Source: Bugula neritina
Lineage: Eukaryota; Animalia; Bryozoa
Length of the DNA: 64,000 nt
Reading direction: 5' to 3'
Assembly: GCA_964035545.1 (NCBI GenBank)
Contig: OZ037765.1
Coordinates: 30,875,504 to 30,939,503, forward strand
Part shown: positions 14,477 to 27,625 of the stretch, one piece after another
How positions within the stretch are numbered: the first letter of the stretch is position 1
Layout: each line of letters opens with the position of its first letter
The notes under the pieces: generated by a model
Databases searched by the model: none
What the model was told of the DNA's origin: nothing
Seen by the model: only the letters and a program-made list of their open reading frames with translations
Made by a program: the position numbers and the translations under genes

Positions 14477-17400
14477 CTACAAACAGACAAAACTTGTAGT
14501 CCAACAAAAATACACTTTTAATAATTACAAACAGAAGCAGAGCGAGTTAGTATTTAATATAGTTTTTCCAACAAGTAGTGCCAATATACATACAATCAAA
14601 CCTGGCACAACATTGGTAGTACACACTCTGTAACAGTTTCACTTTATTACTGAAGATGCCATAAGTTCTAGATATTGCTTTTAGTTACTGTAATTACTAT
14701 ATTGTAATATAAAATTTTAAAGGTTTTATACCAGACCAGAAAATCAGCAAAGTAATGGATCATGCTGTTTCCATTAGCTCTTACAGTATAGCAGCACACG
14801 AATCAATTATGAGAGAATAGCATGCTTGTAGACATCATACAGTGTCACTAAATTAATATTTGGTAATAAACTTCTCCTTGATAGGTTAAATAACTATCCT
14901 TTTCAATAGCATAAGTATGACATCGAAAGTGCATACAATATAGCAGCAAAATAACCAGGGGGCTCCAGTAATTCTCCCACGACTCTGTAAATAGTCAGCC
15001 TACCAACCCTTCAAGTTTCATCAAACAAAAACGACTTTTATAGACCGACAGCTCAGATAAATGAGAACTGACAAACAATACAAAAAGCTAACAAATAGAT
15101 AAGTTCGGGAGATATCAGTCAAATTAATCATAATCAATCTTTAATTTAAATGAAAAGGCTATAAACAAAAAAGAAGTAACTATGAACTTACATGCCACTG
15201 TAGTGTATTAACCCCTAGAGTTGTATCATTCACATAACACATGTGTAGACCACCAGCTGGCATTATGTTCAGCTATACAACCAATCTCAACCACACAAAC
15301 CAACCAGGCTAACCATTGCTCAAGATATGACAGGCTTTCACCTTCAAGCATCTGATTAGGAAAGTTTTTGCAAATGTTGATTTTTCTTTAAATGTTAGTA
15401 TTTACTTTCGGAACAAATATATCTCGTACCAACCACATGCAGCTTTTGACACTTGCTGAGCAAATAACTCATTGCAACTGGGAGAAAACTCTCTTAAATT
15501 AAACAACAAGTTTACCGTAATCTTTACGTTCTAAGGAAATTGGAATATCATTTGTAGAAGGTTATAACATTGAAGAACTATTAGTTTGTTATATTATATT
15601 CGATACTGTAACTGTATTCCAGTTTATAAAGACACAGTGCTGCTATTTATTCAGCCATTACAGAATAAAGGCAACATTTGTTCAGCAGACGCCTTTTTAA
15701 TATAAACATTGAACACCTCTCACAGCAATGCTAGCCCTACAAAATACACTTTAAGCTTTCGTAGCATCACAAACTCAGTTCTTTCATAGCTCTTCAGTCC
15801 ACTTGACTGAAATATCACAGATTTCAGGCTATAACCTATCAACTAATCTCTCCCTAACCAACTCCAATCTTGACACTTGTCCAGTAGATCATGCTCTGCT
15901 AGCAAAAACCACAAATCACTTTCTCTGACTTAATATAACCTCATGTCATCCAAAGTTGAGATAAGCATATTCACAGCAGGTCACTTTTATTGACCGCAGC
16001 ATCCACCTGCAGCAACTTTCTAGGACTAGAAAATTAAATGCTGCACTGATCGCCTCAAAAACACTTATTAAATAGAAAATGACTAACTAACTTCAAACTG
16101 AACTCTTAAGTATAAATAATGTCAACTTACCAATTTATGGTAATGGATTTTAAAATCCATTTGAAGGTTGGATAATAATATAGCAATATCACTTGTAAAG
16201 CTAGTGAAGTGACAGATAACTAACTGGTACTAATAACTGCTCGACTTTCTAATATTTATTAATTACTTGCGAAGAATCATCACCCCAGAGTTAAGGGTGT
16301 GCAAGTGCATTGAAGAGTGCAGTGAACGAAACTGAGAAGCCTACTGAATACTAAGTACAATTCTCATCAACGTTGTATCATCCCAAGCTGTCACTGCATT
16401 GTTACAAGATACATTTTTAAATAGTTCATCTCCCATGAGAGTTGGTAACTGACATGTATTCTATTAGCTAGACTTTCCTGTACATTGCCGGAAAGTGTTA
16501 TTAGAATGAAATGGTTAGATTATATTACAAAAATCAATATGAAAATTAAGTGCAGAGCTATTGTCTTAGTCATACTCTAATGTCTAATTACTAGACAAAT
16601 ATACATTCTGCTGTGTGTAAATATAAACATATCACACCAGATGGTAAACCAATCCAAAACAATTTATACAAAGTTGTATAAACATTGGAGTCTGACATTT
16701 AGCAAGGCGAAAGAGAGCTTAATGTTCTAGAGTCGCTAACTTATTAATTATTACTTTAAAGCAATTATAACTAAATAACATAAATACTCAAAATAAAACT
16801 TGAATGAATTAGTCTAAGGATGTAAATAATAATATAAAATCTTAAGAAAGAATGCCAACCTGCGAAGTAGAATTAGTGTTGTCACAACTACAGACAAGTT
16901 CTGTGGGTTGAAGATGCATGATAATAAATAGCTGTGAGATTGAGTGTAGATATATTAATATAGAGCCTAATGGTCTTATTGTGACTTTATCTCTCTATAA
17001 ATCTAAACCCTCTAATCAAGTCGACATACTTTTTAATGTTATCCAGCTCATTACAGACAACTGCCATCAAATGTGAAATCAACATCAGTAAAGCTCAACA
17101 ACTGCAGAATATGTTCAACAGCCAACAGACTCCATCAAACTAATAGCTTTAGACAACACACATGTTGTAAAACATTGAATTACATCTTTTGATCTATTTC
17201 ATTGATGCTATAAATAATTATCTAACACTCCCCAATAACTATAAAATAATTGTAATACAATAATAATGTGGAATAACACTACTATTTACGTACCATACTG
17301 TTATATCTGTTTCCCTGAAAACTTTTAGTGGTTGGTGAACTAGTATGTACCCAAGTAGTCATAGCGTTTTCATTATACCCAACCTATTTCCATTAATTCG

Positions 17401-20400
17401 TACTCCTAACTGATCGACTGTAATAGCTTTATAATCCATCACCCATGCATGGAGCCACAATGCTCCAGCCAATGGGCAAGTCAAATTATGCATCAGGGGT
17501 ATGCAACTCCGATGTTATGTTAGTAACCTTGGCTACTGGCAACTGGGTAGTAACATGATTATGCAATGTGCCTATTTGAAATAACAAAGAAACAGATGCC
17601 AATACCATACTAAAATTTTATCATGATTTAATAATTTAGAAAATTTTGCCAAAAAACTTTCTGTCAGCTTATATATTATGTTATAAACGAGCAAGTTTTC
17701 ACTTTATGGTAGCTGTTAAAGCATTTTCTCATTTACAATAATATATTATGTAGTTGTGTAATGTGTCTATACCAGCATTATACATATAATTCTTGTTTTG
17801 CTGCCCATATATTATATAACGTGAGGTACATGGATGGTAAGAAAGGAGAGGTCAAAAACATTAACAAGATGAGACAGTTAACTGAGCTTTCAACCATGTC
17901 AGGGAAATTACTAAACCACATAATCACTGCGGTTGTCAAAGTTATGAATAATTTATTGATTAAGAAGATTTTTACATCACATTGTATAACAAATTCAAGG
18001 AACAAATGCGAACAGTGTTGTAATTAATTAATGCAGCCAGAAAATTGGGCAATTGATAGTATTCTGGCAAGCTTAAACAATGCTTAGAGGAAATAGTTAT
18101 ATGATAAGGAGACATGGTAAAACTTATATATTCTGCTATACAAATCATACTAGCAACTGTAATTACCAATTCATGATATACTTGAACTACTCAATTTCAA
18201 TAAATTATTTTAAAATGCGAGATTATCCCAGGCGCTTGCCTTAGCAGTTATTACTGTGAATATGAAACGCCAGACTTATAAGCAGCTCTAGAGGTAAACC
18301 GTCTATAACGGGCTCTAATCATGATCATAAAGAATAGAAAATATTTATATACTCCAAAAGACGAGATTATCTGATAGACTTTAGAAATATTTGGTGTATC
18401 GAGTTCTCATTAGGCAAGCTTAGACGAAGTTTCCAGTTGTTTGAAACTGATCCACGCTATAATCATGCAATACATAGCATGACACGACTGTATGAATGAA
18501 AGATAAATTTGTAAGGAATAGCTTGGAATCTTATGATATCACCACAACAAGTTAGACATTAATTACAGTACAGTGCAGTGATTAAGAATGGGTATTACTA
18601 ATTTGGCTATTATTAAGGTATTTCCATGTTCATGAGTTTTCAACACGCAAATAAAACTTTTCAGCTTTCCAGTCACGGAACAGAAAGAAGAATCATCAGA
18701 TAGTTGTTATGCTATGCCAAAGGCTGGTACATTCTGACGAAGTATTGTTCGAATGTGCAATATGTTAAGAGGAAATGCAGCTAAGTCTTTTTGTTTAAGT
18801 TAATTATAGCTCCTGCCGTTGGGTTGTACTAAATTTGAAATTGAATTAAACTTATTTTAGTATAGACAATTGATGTGCCGATACAAAAATGTTGAGTTAC
18901 AATTAAAATATGACGTCAGAGTTATGTTTATTTCCACAAATTGTTTAACAACCATCATTGAAAAAAACCCTATTCCAGTTTTTATTTTGGTTACTAACAG
19001 GTAACCGAGATTCCCCATGTTTTCAGGTAAAGTGAATTTACTCATAATCTCATAATGATGAGTTAATGGGAAAAGAGGGCAGGTGCCGGTGAATACAATG
19101 CAGAAAACAAGGCTCCCGGGAGAAATATGAAACGAATTTCTATCAAAGCTTTAAATCTGAATTGCTGAATAGAAGCTGGCATCTACACATTGGAGGAATT
19201 TTCTAAAGATGTTGTAGATATAATATTAACATGAATGATGTTAGTTTTTATTCAACACAGACTCTAAGACAACAGAGTGGCAGGTTGTTATCAGATTGTA
19301 ACTTGACACCAGTAACAAGGTGCTTGTTTCTCTCTAAAATCATGGGGGAGACAATTCCTCACCAATAATGTTGTAGAATATTTGCTATAAATAGGAATAG
19401 GATTGTTTTAAAATTTACATTCTGCTTTATTTATTAATCAGTCTCAAATCTTGTCTCTAGTTTAAAGAGAACAGTTTAACATGGCATTTTATGATAAAAG
19501 GGAATACATTATATAATAAGTAGAATATTATATCATCTAGTGTGGTCTAGTGGAATTCTCATTGCGGTAATTACAAGGCAGTGTGCAATAAATCTAACAT
19601 AATTATAGTATATCCCCATTAATGAATGGGGATGAAAGCAGATATTCTGGGCCAGTTACAGAAGGCCCATCTGGACACTTTAGCCCAAGTGTCATCAACA
19701 TAATGCACACCAAGACACAAAGCCATATGCCCAAATCAACTTCAATATATACATTATCAAAAGGCCTATTATCTCTTCGTGCAGGCAGTTAAGCTAGAAT
19801 AATAACAGCATTGTTATAAAGATGAGGGATCAAAATAAATTATACAAAAGATGCTGAAAATTTCCTCCTATTTAAATTGACTTAATAACTAACCATTAGA
19901 CCCAGATCTGTATTTTTACGTTATGTAATACAGGTATAAACATGTTTGACAAGGTAATGTAACACTGCACAACATCACCTGTTTCAACAATGATAATGGA
20001 AGTAGTTATTCAAAGTTATGGTGAGAATATATACCATACCGTGCAATGCTTAAGAAGAAGACACATCTGCATAACTAAGAAGGTGGGAAAAACAATTTAT
20101 TAATTTGAAAACTATCAGGGCTGCTCGAGTGTAGACTGTGAACTGCCAACACCCATTGTGATATCAAAGTTAATTCAAAAGGTATCAGTCAGTTTGATGA
20201 AAATAAATGAAGCATTGCAAAGCTAAATGTTTGCAACACTTCAATCAATATTAAATTTGATAGAGCAAAATTAAAGTCTTTATTTTATTTGAGCCTAAAA
20301 CTATGCAAACTGCCAATAAATGTCTATAGATTAAATTATCTAACAAACTGCACTGTTGACAGAGAAAGTGTATACATAACGACTAACATGTAGGTAATAC

Positions 20401-22054
20401 AGCTCCAAATCAATATAATACATTATCCAAATACCGCTATTATGTAAATTTTCCTGAAAGTATATTTGTTTTTAGAGAGCGTGCTAATAAGACACTTTTA
20501 GCTTGGTGTAACATAAAGAATACAATATTAAAATGTAATACTAACAATATAAGTGTAACTAAAATACTCTGTATATACAGCTAATTGTCACATAATAACA
20601 AACATAGCAGCGTTCAACACAGCAACACATAGACTTTGTGTCCATAAACATGCATATTGACAAGCTAATTACAGCTAAACTCAGTCCTTGAGGTACCTGA
20701 ATTCTTTTCTCTGCTATTTTAATTAGTAGTATAAAAATTTGAATTTACTTGACTATTGATTACCATAATTTATGATATCTTAGATTCAATTCCAAGCACT
20801 TTGAAGTAAAAGTGCTACACACTCAACTAAAGGCGTATGCATAACATGATTGATTTATTTAAATCTGTTTATTTTAATTTCACTTAACAACTAATAGCTA
20901 CATGCAAAAAGGTTTCTTGGGACTTTATAACCCTAGAAGAGATAATTTATTCAACGACAAAAAAGCTTAAATAATACATAAATAAAAATAGCTTTAAACT
21001 AAATTGATTAAGGCTTGATATGGAGACAGGTAGTTATGCAATTCCATTTTAACTTTGTCAATATTATTATGAAGATACTGTGCCTTTCAATTAAGTCTAG
21101 GAGTTGCCTTCTTTGAAAAGCTGTTTTGGAACTTCAAGAACTTTTAAACAAATCATTTTTATCGTTACTTTGTAATCCTTTTTAATAACTAGTGAAATGC
21201 GAAGCCCTAAAACCACTAAAACCAGTAATAGAGAAATTGGAAAAAGCCTGTGTTCTACATTAGAAATGTAGCAAAAGAAGTTATGTCCTCTGTGACAATT
21301 TCACGAAAATTTATTAATACAACTAACAACTGTCACAATCCTGTTTAAATATCATAGTTATAAATATAATGTATTGATGCCAATCCTATTAGCATTACAT
21401 CAGCATATCTAGTGACCAGCTTGGCACATGTCCAGCAAATTTTGATAGAGAAGAATTCTTATGACTCCATGAGTCACGCTAGAAAATATGGCGCAACATG
21501 CAAGGTAAACGCATTAAGTTGAGATGACAGAATATTATACATTATTAATTAGTTGGAATTCGATTATCTAAACATAAGGATGGTGGTTTTAAATTTAGAT
21601 TCATTAAAATAAATATAATTGCTCAAAGTTTATACAAACACACAAAGAAAGCCTGCTGCTAAACACTAATATACCTAATATCCATCAGTTTCCGCGGTAA
21701 TGGGAATTTTATAACTCGGTATGAATCTACAACAGCTTTTTAAATACTGCTTTAGGGACAGTATAGCTTCATCTACAAGGAATGTAAATATATCTTCATG
21801 CATATCTAAACAAAGTGTTGTGATTAAAAACACATGCCGGCAAACTTTCAACAATTACACTCAGCTATCATCACTAAAAATACACCTGCCTAAATTAAAC
21901 TTGAGTTAGCAATTTTGTAATGGCTCAATTACTATGTATGCACACTAGCATGTAGAAAGCAGACTTCACCTGCCTAAAGAAAGAGCTATCGTAGCTGCAA
22001 ACAGATAAATTTAAATAGCTAATTTTTGATATGCAACATTTGTAAACTTTTTCA

Positions 22055-22250
22055 ATATAATTTTGTCAGGTAAAAAATCTATGGAAAAAAAAACAAAAAT
22101 GCTGTACTAAAATTTTTTTCAGCTCTAAGTACACCTATTACACAGTATAATTTCCTATTTATGAAGTATTGTGTAATAGGTGCACAATTAGAGCTAGAAA
22201 AGCATTTTGTAAGCTTTTTTGTTTTTTCATAGTTTCTCATATGACAATAT
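22055..22250. repeat. Degenerate foldback / MITE-like inverted repeat
   Basis: AGCTCTAAG..CACCTATTACACA pairs with TGTGTAATAGGTG..TTAGAGCT; the outer arms (TTGTCA..CTATGGAAAAAAAACAAAAA vs TTTTTTGTTTTTTCATAG..TGACAA) also pair imperfectly. Confidence 0.55.
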
Positions 22251-24138
22251 CACAGATTTTTATCAAACATCTCTTTAAAAAGGTAACATTTGCACCAAAC
22301 TAGATAGTAAAATGGTTGATCAGAGAGGATATCTTTCCAACACAACCACCAATGAGCTATTAGCTATAGTACTCAATTATATCAATGTAGAGGGGGGTCT
22401 GTCATAAGTCCGAAATAGAATATTAAACAGTTTTAGAAAGTGTGCCGTATACTCTCACTCAACATAGTTCTGAATTCATAGCCTGTATAAGATACCTTAG
22501 TTCATACATTGTCAACTATTTTTGTTTTCAGAATTAAAATAATTTTATGAATAAATTTCAAGTTGAACTGAAGCACAATGTAATACATATTTGTGTGTTT
22601 ATAAAAATGACAGCATACATTGTATTTTGTGGACAGTTGTTATACATGCAGTTCACTTTTAATAAAATATTTAGTTTGATTTAATAGAAAACTTATAGTA
22701 GGATTTGCCAGAAGCATATGCATATGCTGTATATATTTAAAGGTTTATAACTAGATTATAATAACTAGAAGCTAAATTAATGCTGCATTAATTTGTCAGT
22801 TAAACCAACATATCCAGGTGGTTGTAAGCAGGCTATATACACAACTACTGCATTTTGAGTATTACAATTTTTTTAGATGCTTTTCATCGAAATGTCCCAA
22901 TATGCATTCAGTCAAAAATTATTACAATTATTTCACCGATTCATAGTTTTAAGCTATTTCTAAAATACAATTGCTATTATGATGGTAGCAGCACTATTTA
23001 GCATACATAACTCAACAGATATATACAATGCCAAATGGGAGGAGATTTTTGAAATGAGCCCAAATACATACGTGAAAATATCATATGCTTTATAGATTTT
23101 ACATATTCTAAATAATGCCACGTTGCTCACCATGTGTAAGTGGCCACCATCAAAAGCAGCTTCACTAAAATAGAGAATCTTTTAAAAAAACTTTATGACT
23201 ACGATTTTGGCAAAAATAAATTTAAGTTGTCTTTTCTTACTAACTAATTTTCTAGGATAGGCAACTCCAAATTGCGTAAAAGTTGGGACTTCTAAATAAA
23301 AATAATCTTAAATAGTGGCGATTTATTGTACAACAAAATTCATTTATAAATAGCATAATTTTATCATAATAGCAGAAACCTTTACTCTATAAATATTTTT
23401 TTGTATTTTTTTTGTTATAGTCTTTGCATCCTTTTAATAATTTATCAAAGCTATACGCCATTATGATATTTCTTAAAAAAGAACCTTGAGTAATTAATAG
23501 AAAGCAAAAATTAGAAAAAGTAGAACATATTTGCTAGAGACAAGAACTAAAAAGCCTTTTACTATAATTCAAACAAGAGAAGTGTTCTACCATCCCTTGT
23601 CATAGAGATTTAACTTTGCTGTGATATTTTAGATTAATTACAAACTCACTAATGTAAGATTAGAGCTGAAACCTTATAAACAATATATAATATTTATACA
23701 AATGAGTCATGCATAGAAAGATTAGGGTTTAGACTAATACTTGGGACCAAATTTCCTTTGGGAGGAGCTCTGGGAACATAAACTATGAACACATCTCACT
23801 AGGAGGTCTCAAAGTCAAAATAAACAACTAAATTAGTTTCCAAGTTAGGCTGGTGTTGTTTTCTAAACAACTCTAAGGCCCAGGTGTTTTCACTGATGCT
23901 AATATCTCTGTCAAAAGTTCAGCCTGTTGCTATGTCTGCCTCCATTTGCTGCAGTAAATTTTATATAAAATGTTTAATTACTGAGAACTATATAATTTAT
24001 GCAAGACTAAAAACTCTGAGAGAGTTGCTTGAGTACTTGAATTAACACCCTTTCAAATATGCTTTAGTAGAAATATTAGAGGTGATAGTGTTGAGAGTAT
24101 ATTATGCATTGTATTTTATAATGAACAGGTTTATTATG

Positions 24139-24403
24139 TAGTATATAGTAGTATATAGTAGTATAGTATATAGTAGTATAGTATATAGTAGTATAATATA
24201 TAGTAGTATAGTATATAGTAGTATAGTATATAGTAGTATAGTATATAGTAGTATAGTATATAGTAGTATAGTATATAGTAGTATAATATATAGTAGTATA
24301 GTATATAGTAGTATAGTATATAGTAGTATAGTATATAGTAGTATAGTATATAGTAGTATAGTATAGTATATAGTATATAGTAGTGTAGTATATAGTAGTG
24401 TAG
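24139..24403. repeat. Simple tandem repeat, 15-bp unit TAGTATATAGTAGTA
   Basis: About 17 copies; produces the spurious YYTTI ORF. Confidence 0.95.
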
Positions 24404-26837
24404 TGCTGTAAAGCAGGTCTGCTCATAAAATTAGTACATATTATTAATATGATACTTCACAACACAAAATAGATAATTTATTTGCTATAAAGAGTCTCTC
24501 ACTCATATAGAGTAAACACTAAACACAGACTATCAGTTACTTAGACTGGCTGCATAAAGTATAGAGTTACTACTCAACTCACCATAACTGGAAATACTAT
24601 ACCTGCAGAATGTGAAAATCAACCAACAGCTAATTAATAATTTTATAAACGATGTGCAAACATAAGAAATTGGAAGATATCCGCAGCATGTTAAACTTCT
24701 GTGATGGACAAGCAGATGTAAGTACAGGAGTTAACTTTTAGTAAACACTTGGTGCTGTCTAGTATGTTAATCTAGTTGAGTCACGTGTTGATAGCAGTGA
24801 GAAGACAACTCAAGAAATCAACAAGCTGAATATTTCACAACAGCATTGGCTGATGAGGGTTTCATATTAATATAAGATAAATTTCTATTCCGACTTAGAA
24901 AGTGTTAAAAAATGCCTCTAGACTTTAAATAAGGTTTGTATTTTGCCTGCAAGCATAAAATTTAAGTTTTTAGTTCAATAAAAGGTATGGAATCACAGCT
25001 GAGTTAACATCTACTCAGAAATAAATCGTAGACAAAACTTTCTATTTAAACTCAGTGACTTAGCATGCATACTGTCTATCTGTTTGTCAACACTGTCTGC
25101 ACTGTCACACACTAAAGTGAATATGATTTACATTTTACATAGTTTAATTAGGAGAGAATTTGAACTAAGTCATAACCCTCAGTGAACTATTGCCCTCCTT
25201 CCATCAGCCGTTATGTAGCTATCTAACAGGCATGAGAAAGTAATTAATATAATTTAATTAAAGAGAAGTTTACTGCCTTCAACTGCAGTAATCACAAGAA
25301 ATACAATATTTGTTTACTGTAATCAATTTAATATATTTTTAGGAGTCATCAAGTAATGTTATGTGTGGGTTTGATGTGTTACAAAGAATACACTATTTCA
25401 CTAGGAACAAAAGAGTAAATGTATATAGTTGAGCATAATGGCATGGCAGTTACCATGGCAACATAATGTGTTACCAGATATTGTATGTTTCAATGTTGAA
25501 AATAATTAGGCTCATGCATAAATTCAAGTGTATCTCACAGGTGCTTTATTTGATGTGAATTTCAGTTTTGAATCAAAAAGCAAAGACAGTTTGAATGGGA
25601 CAATAGTCAGATTTTATCTTTTAAAAGCAAATTAAGCTTGCCATTGTAGAAGTAAGGGTGTAGACAGCAGTTTCAGCGAGGGGTAGGGGGGGTAGGGGCG
25701 GTATGGGGGGGAGGGAATCACTAACTTACTAGAAATGAGTCAGCCAGCAATAAAGCAAACTCTAGTTATTCTACACCCCATCACCTTGTTTGAAATCCTG
25801 TGACACACAGCTAATAAATTACTGTAATCGTTTACATAAAACAAACACATTCGGATTGTAAACCACTTGAAACTTTCAGTTTGACACTATGAGAAGCCCT
25901 TCAAGGGTATCTGTGTGTACAGTTACAGAGAACATATACCTGTTTGTGCAAGTCAAAATATTCCAACTTGAGGCAACAAAGTTGAGTTTGAAAAATTCAG
26001 TTTTTTTCAGTGTTGCTAGATTAAATCCAGACTACCTAACTTTTATGTGTTGTAACAGTCAGCTAATTAGGCAAATAAGTTCTGTAAATTAAACTAAAAG
26101 CAGGCCTTTTAAATCAGTTTTTTATAAAATGTGTTTCTGGAGAGACTAGTCTGAGGTTAGCCCGGGTAAAGGCAGTTATGGTGGGAGGTATTTGGCCCAT
26201 GGCTTGAATAGACAATATTATATTCTATGTATGAAAATGGTCACATAGAATCGCTGGTTCAATTAATCGGCATATCTAAAAGATCTCTCTTTGTTAGAAG
26301 ACCAATTTTTACTAAATACAGTAGACTACTGGCTGGGAAATTTATTCATAAGTGGAAGAATGAAGAGCCGAAAACAATGTTGGTGCCGTGTGTCTCTTCA
26401 ACTGAGAGATAATTAGAGAATGAGTTAGCGACAGAACAGCGTGAACTCTTAAATAGTAACCTATAAGTTCTCTTCACTAGACATATAATCATTATAACTG
26501 AATATAAACTCTATGAAGTGGCAAATCATAGCAATTGTGACTTCTTTCCTCATGAGTCAACATCAACTCTCTTGCTCTGAAGGTACCAGCCAATATTCTA
26601 AATATTTGCTTTCCAAACAGGAAGCTATTATTGACGTGATGAAGTTTGTGCGGTGGAGACAGGATAACAGTGCAATGGGCAGACTAATTGAGAAAATTAC
26701 CTTCCTAACTACCATATAATAAAGTGTAGGCTATAATTTAGACCTGCATAGAACTATAATATATGATTCTTCCAAGATGCCAGGGAATAAAAAATGATTC
26801 AGGCTACAGACTAGATTAGTGTTGACACACTGCATAC

Positions 26838-27556
26838 TGTGGTAAAATTGTGTATAGTATAACTAATGCTTATATTTTTCCTTACTAGTATTAACTTCAT
26901 TCCCATGGAATGCGTGTTTTCTTAGATATACATCATTACATAGCCATAGTATTGTAACAGCTAAGTGTTATGTTGGCAATGATGGGATTAGCTATTATTC
27001 CCAGCTACTTACTACTACTGACGTGACTGGATTAGCTATTGTTTCTGACGGCTCACAGGAACACTTATATAATCAAGATAACCGGGATTTCCCTGCGAAG
27101 TTCGCTCGATTCGAGCGATTCCTTTGTTCTAGCCCTGCGAATCCCCTGCGATTCGAGCGAATTCCCTCGAATTCGCTCGGAATATTCTAGTGGGAATGTT
27201 CCCAATGTATAAAAGGAGGCCCTCAACACAGTAGAGTCAGTCTTCAGCCAGCAGCACAACAGGACACATCTCGGAGCTACCAAGCCAGGACAATAACACA
27301 CTTAGTTAATTATCTTATACTTTGTTTACCAGTTTACTAGTAAGTTTTCCATACATGTAAGGAGTTGTCCTCCCTAACTGCTATTTTTGGATTTATATAT
27401 ATTATGGAGTAAATAAAGGGGATTGTGAGTATTACATTTCTTATTTATTGTGCATAAATACCCTCCTACAAAGAGTCACTGTGTTCAATCAGCTAACAAC
27501 CCACACCAATAATTGCATGCAGCGAATCATAACATTCTACGCATAAAATTATTACA
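26838..27556 (+). repeat. 5' LTR (719 bp)
   Basis: Starts TGTGGTAAAA and ends TTATTACA. Direct repeat at offset 7058 with no differences seen by eye; the identical 78-aa minus-strand ORF occurs in both copies. Confidence 0.97.
27208..27241 (+). promoter_or_regulatory. LTR core promoter (TATA box plus initiator)
   Basis: TATAAAAG at 27208-27215 and an Inr-like TCAGT at 27237-27241, about 30 nt downstream. Confidence 0.7.
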
Positions 27557-27557
27557 C

Positions 27558-27575
27558 TGGTGGCAGCGGTGGGAT
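27558..27575 (+). promoter_or_regulatory. Primer binding site, tRNA-Leu
   Basis: TGGTGGCAGCGGTGGGAT, 1 nt after the 5' LTR, is complementary to the 3' end of metazoan tRNA-Leu(AAG/TAG) (...ATCCCACCGCTGCCACCA). tRNA sequence recalled from memory. Confidence 0.85.
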
Positions 27576-27625
27576 AATCGTCTGGTACAGACTAAGCTGA
27601 TGCTCCCCTACGGGGAGAGACAACA

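Noticed and set aside
24076-24426. 116-aa ORF with YYTTI repeats
   Set aside because: Translation of a 15-bp simple repeat; no coding evidence.
27065-27301. 78-aa antisense ORF in both LTRs
   Set aside because: Non-ATG start, built from palindromic U3 sequence; identical only because the LTRs are identical.
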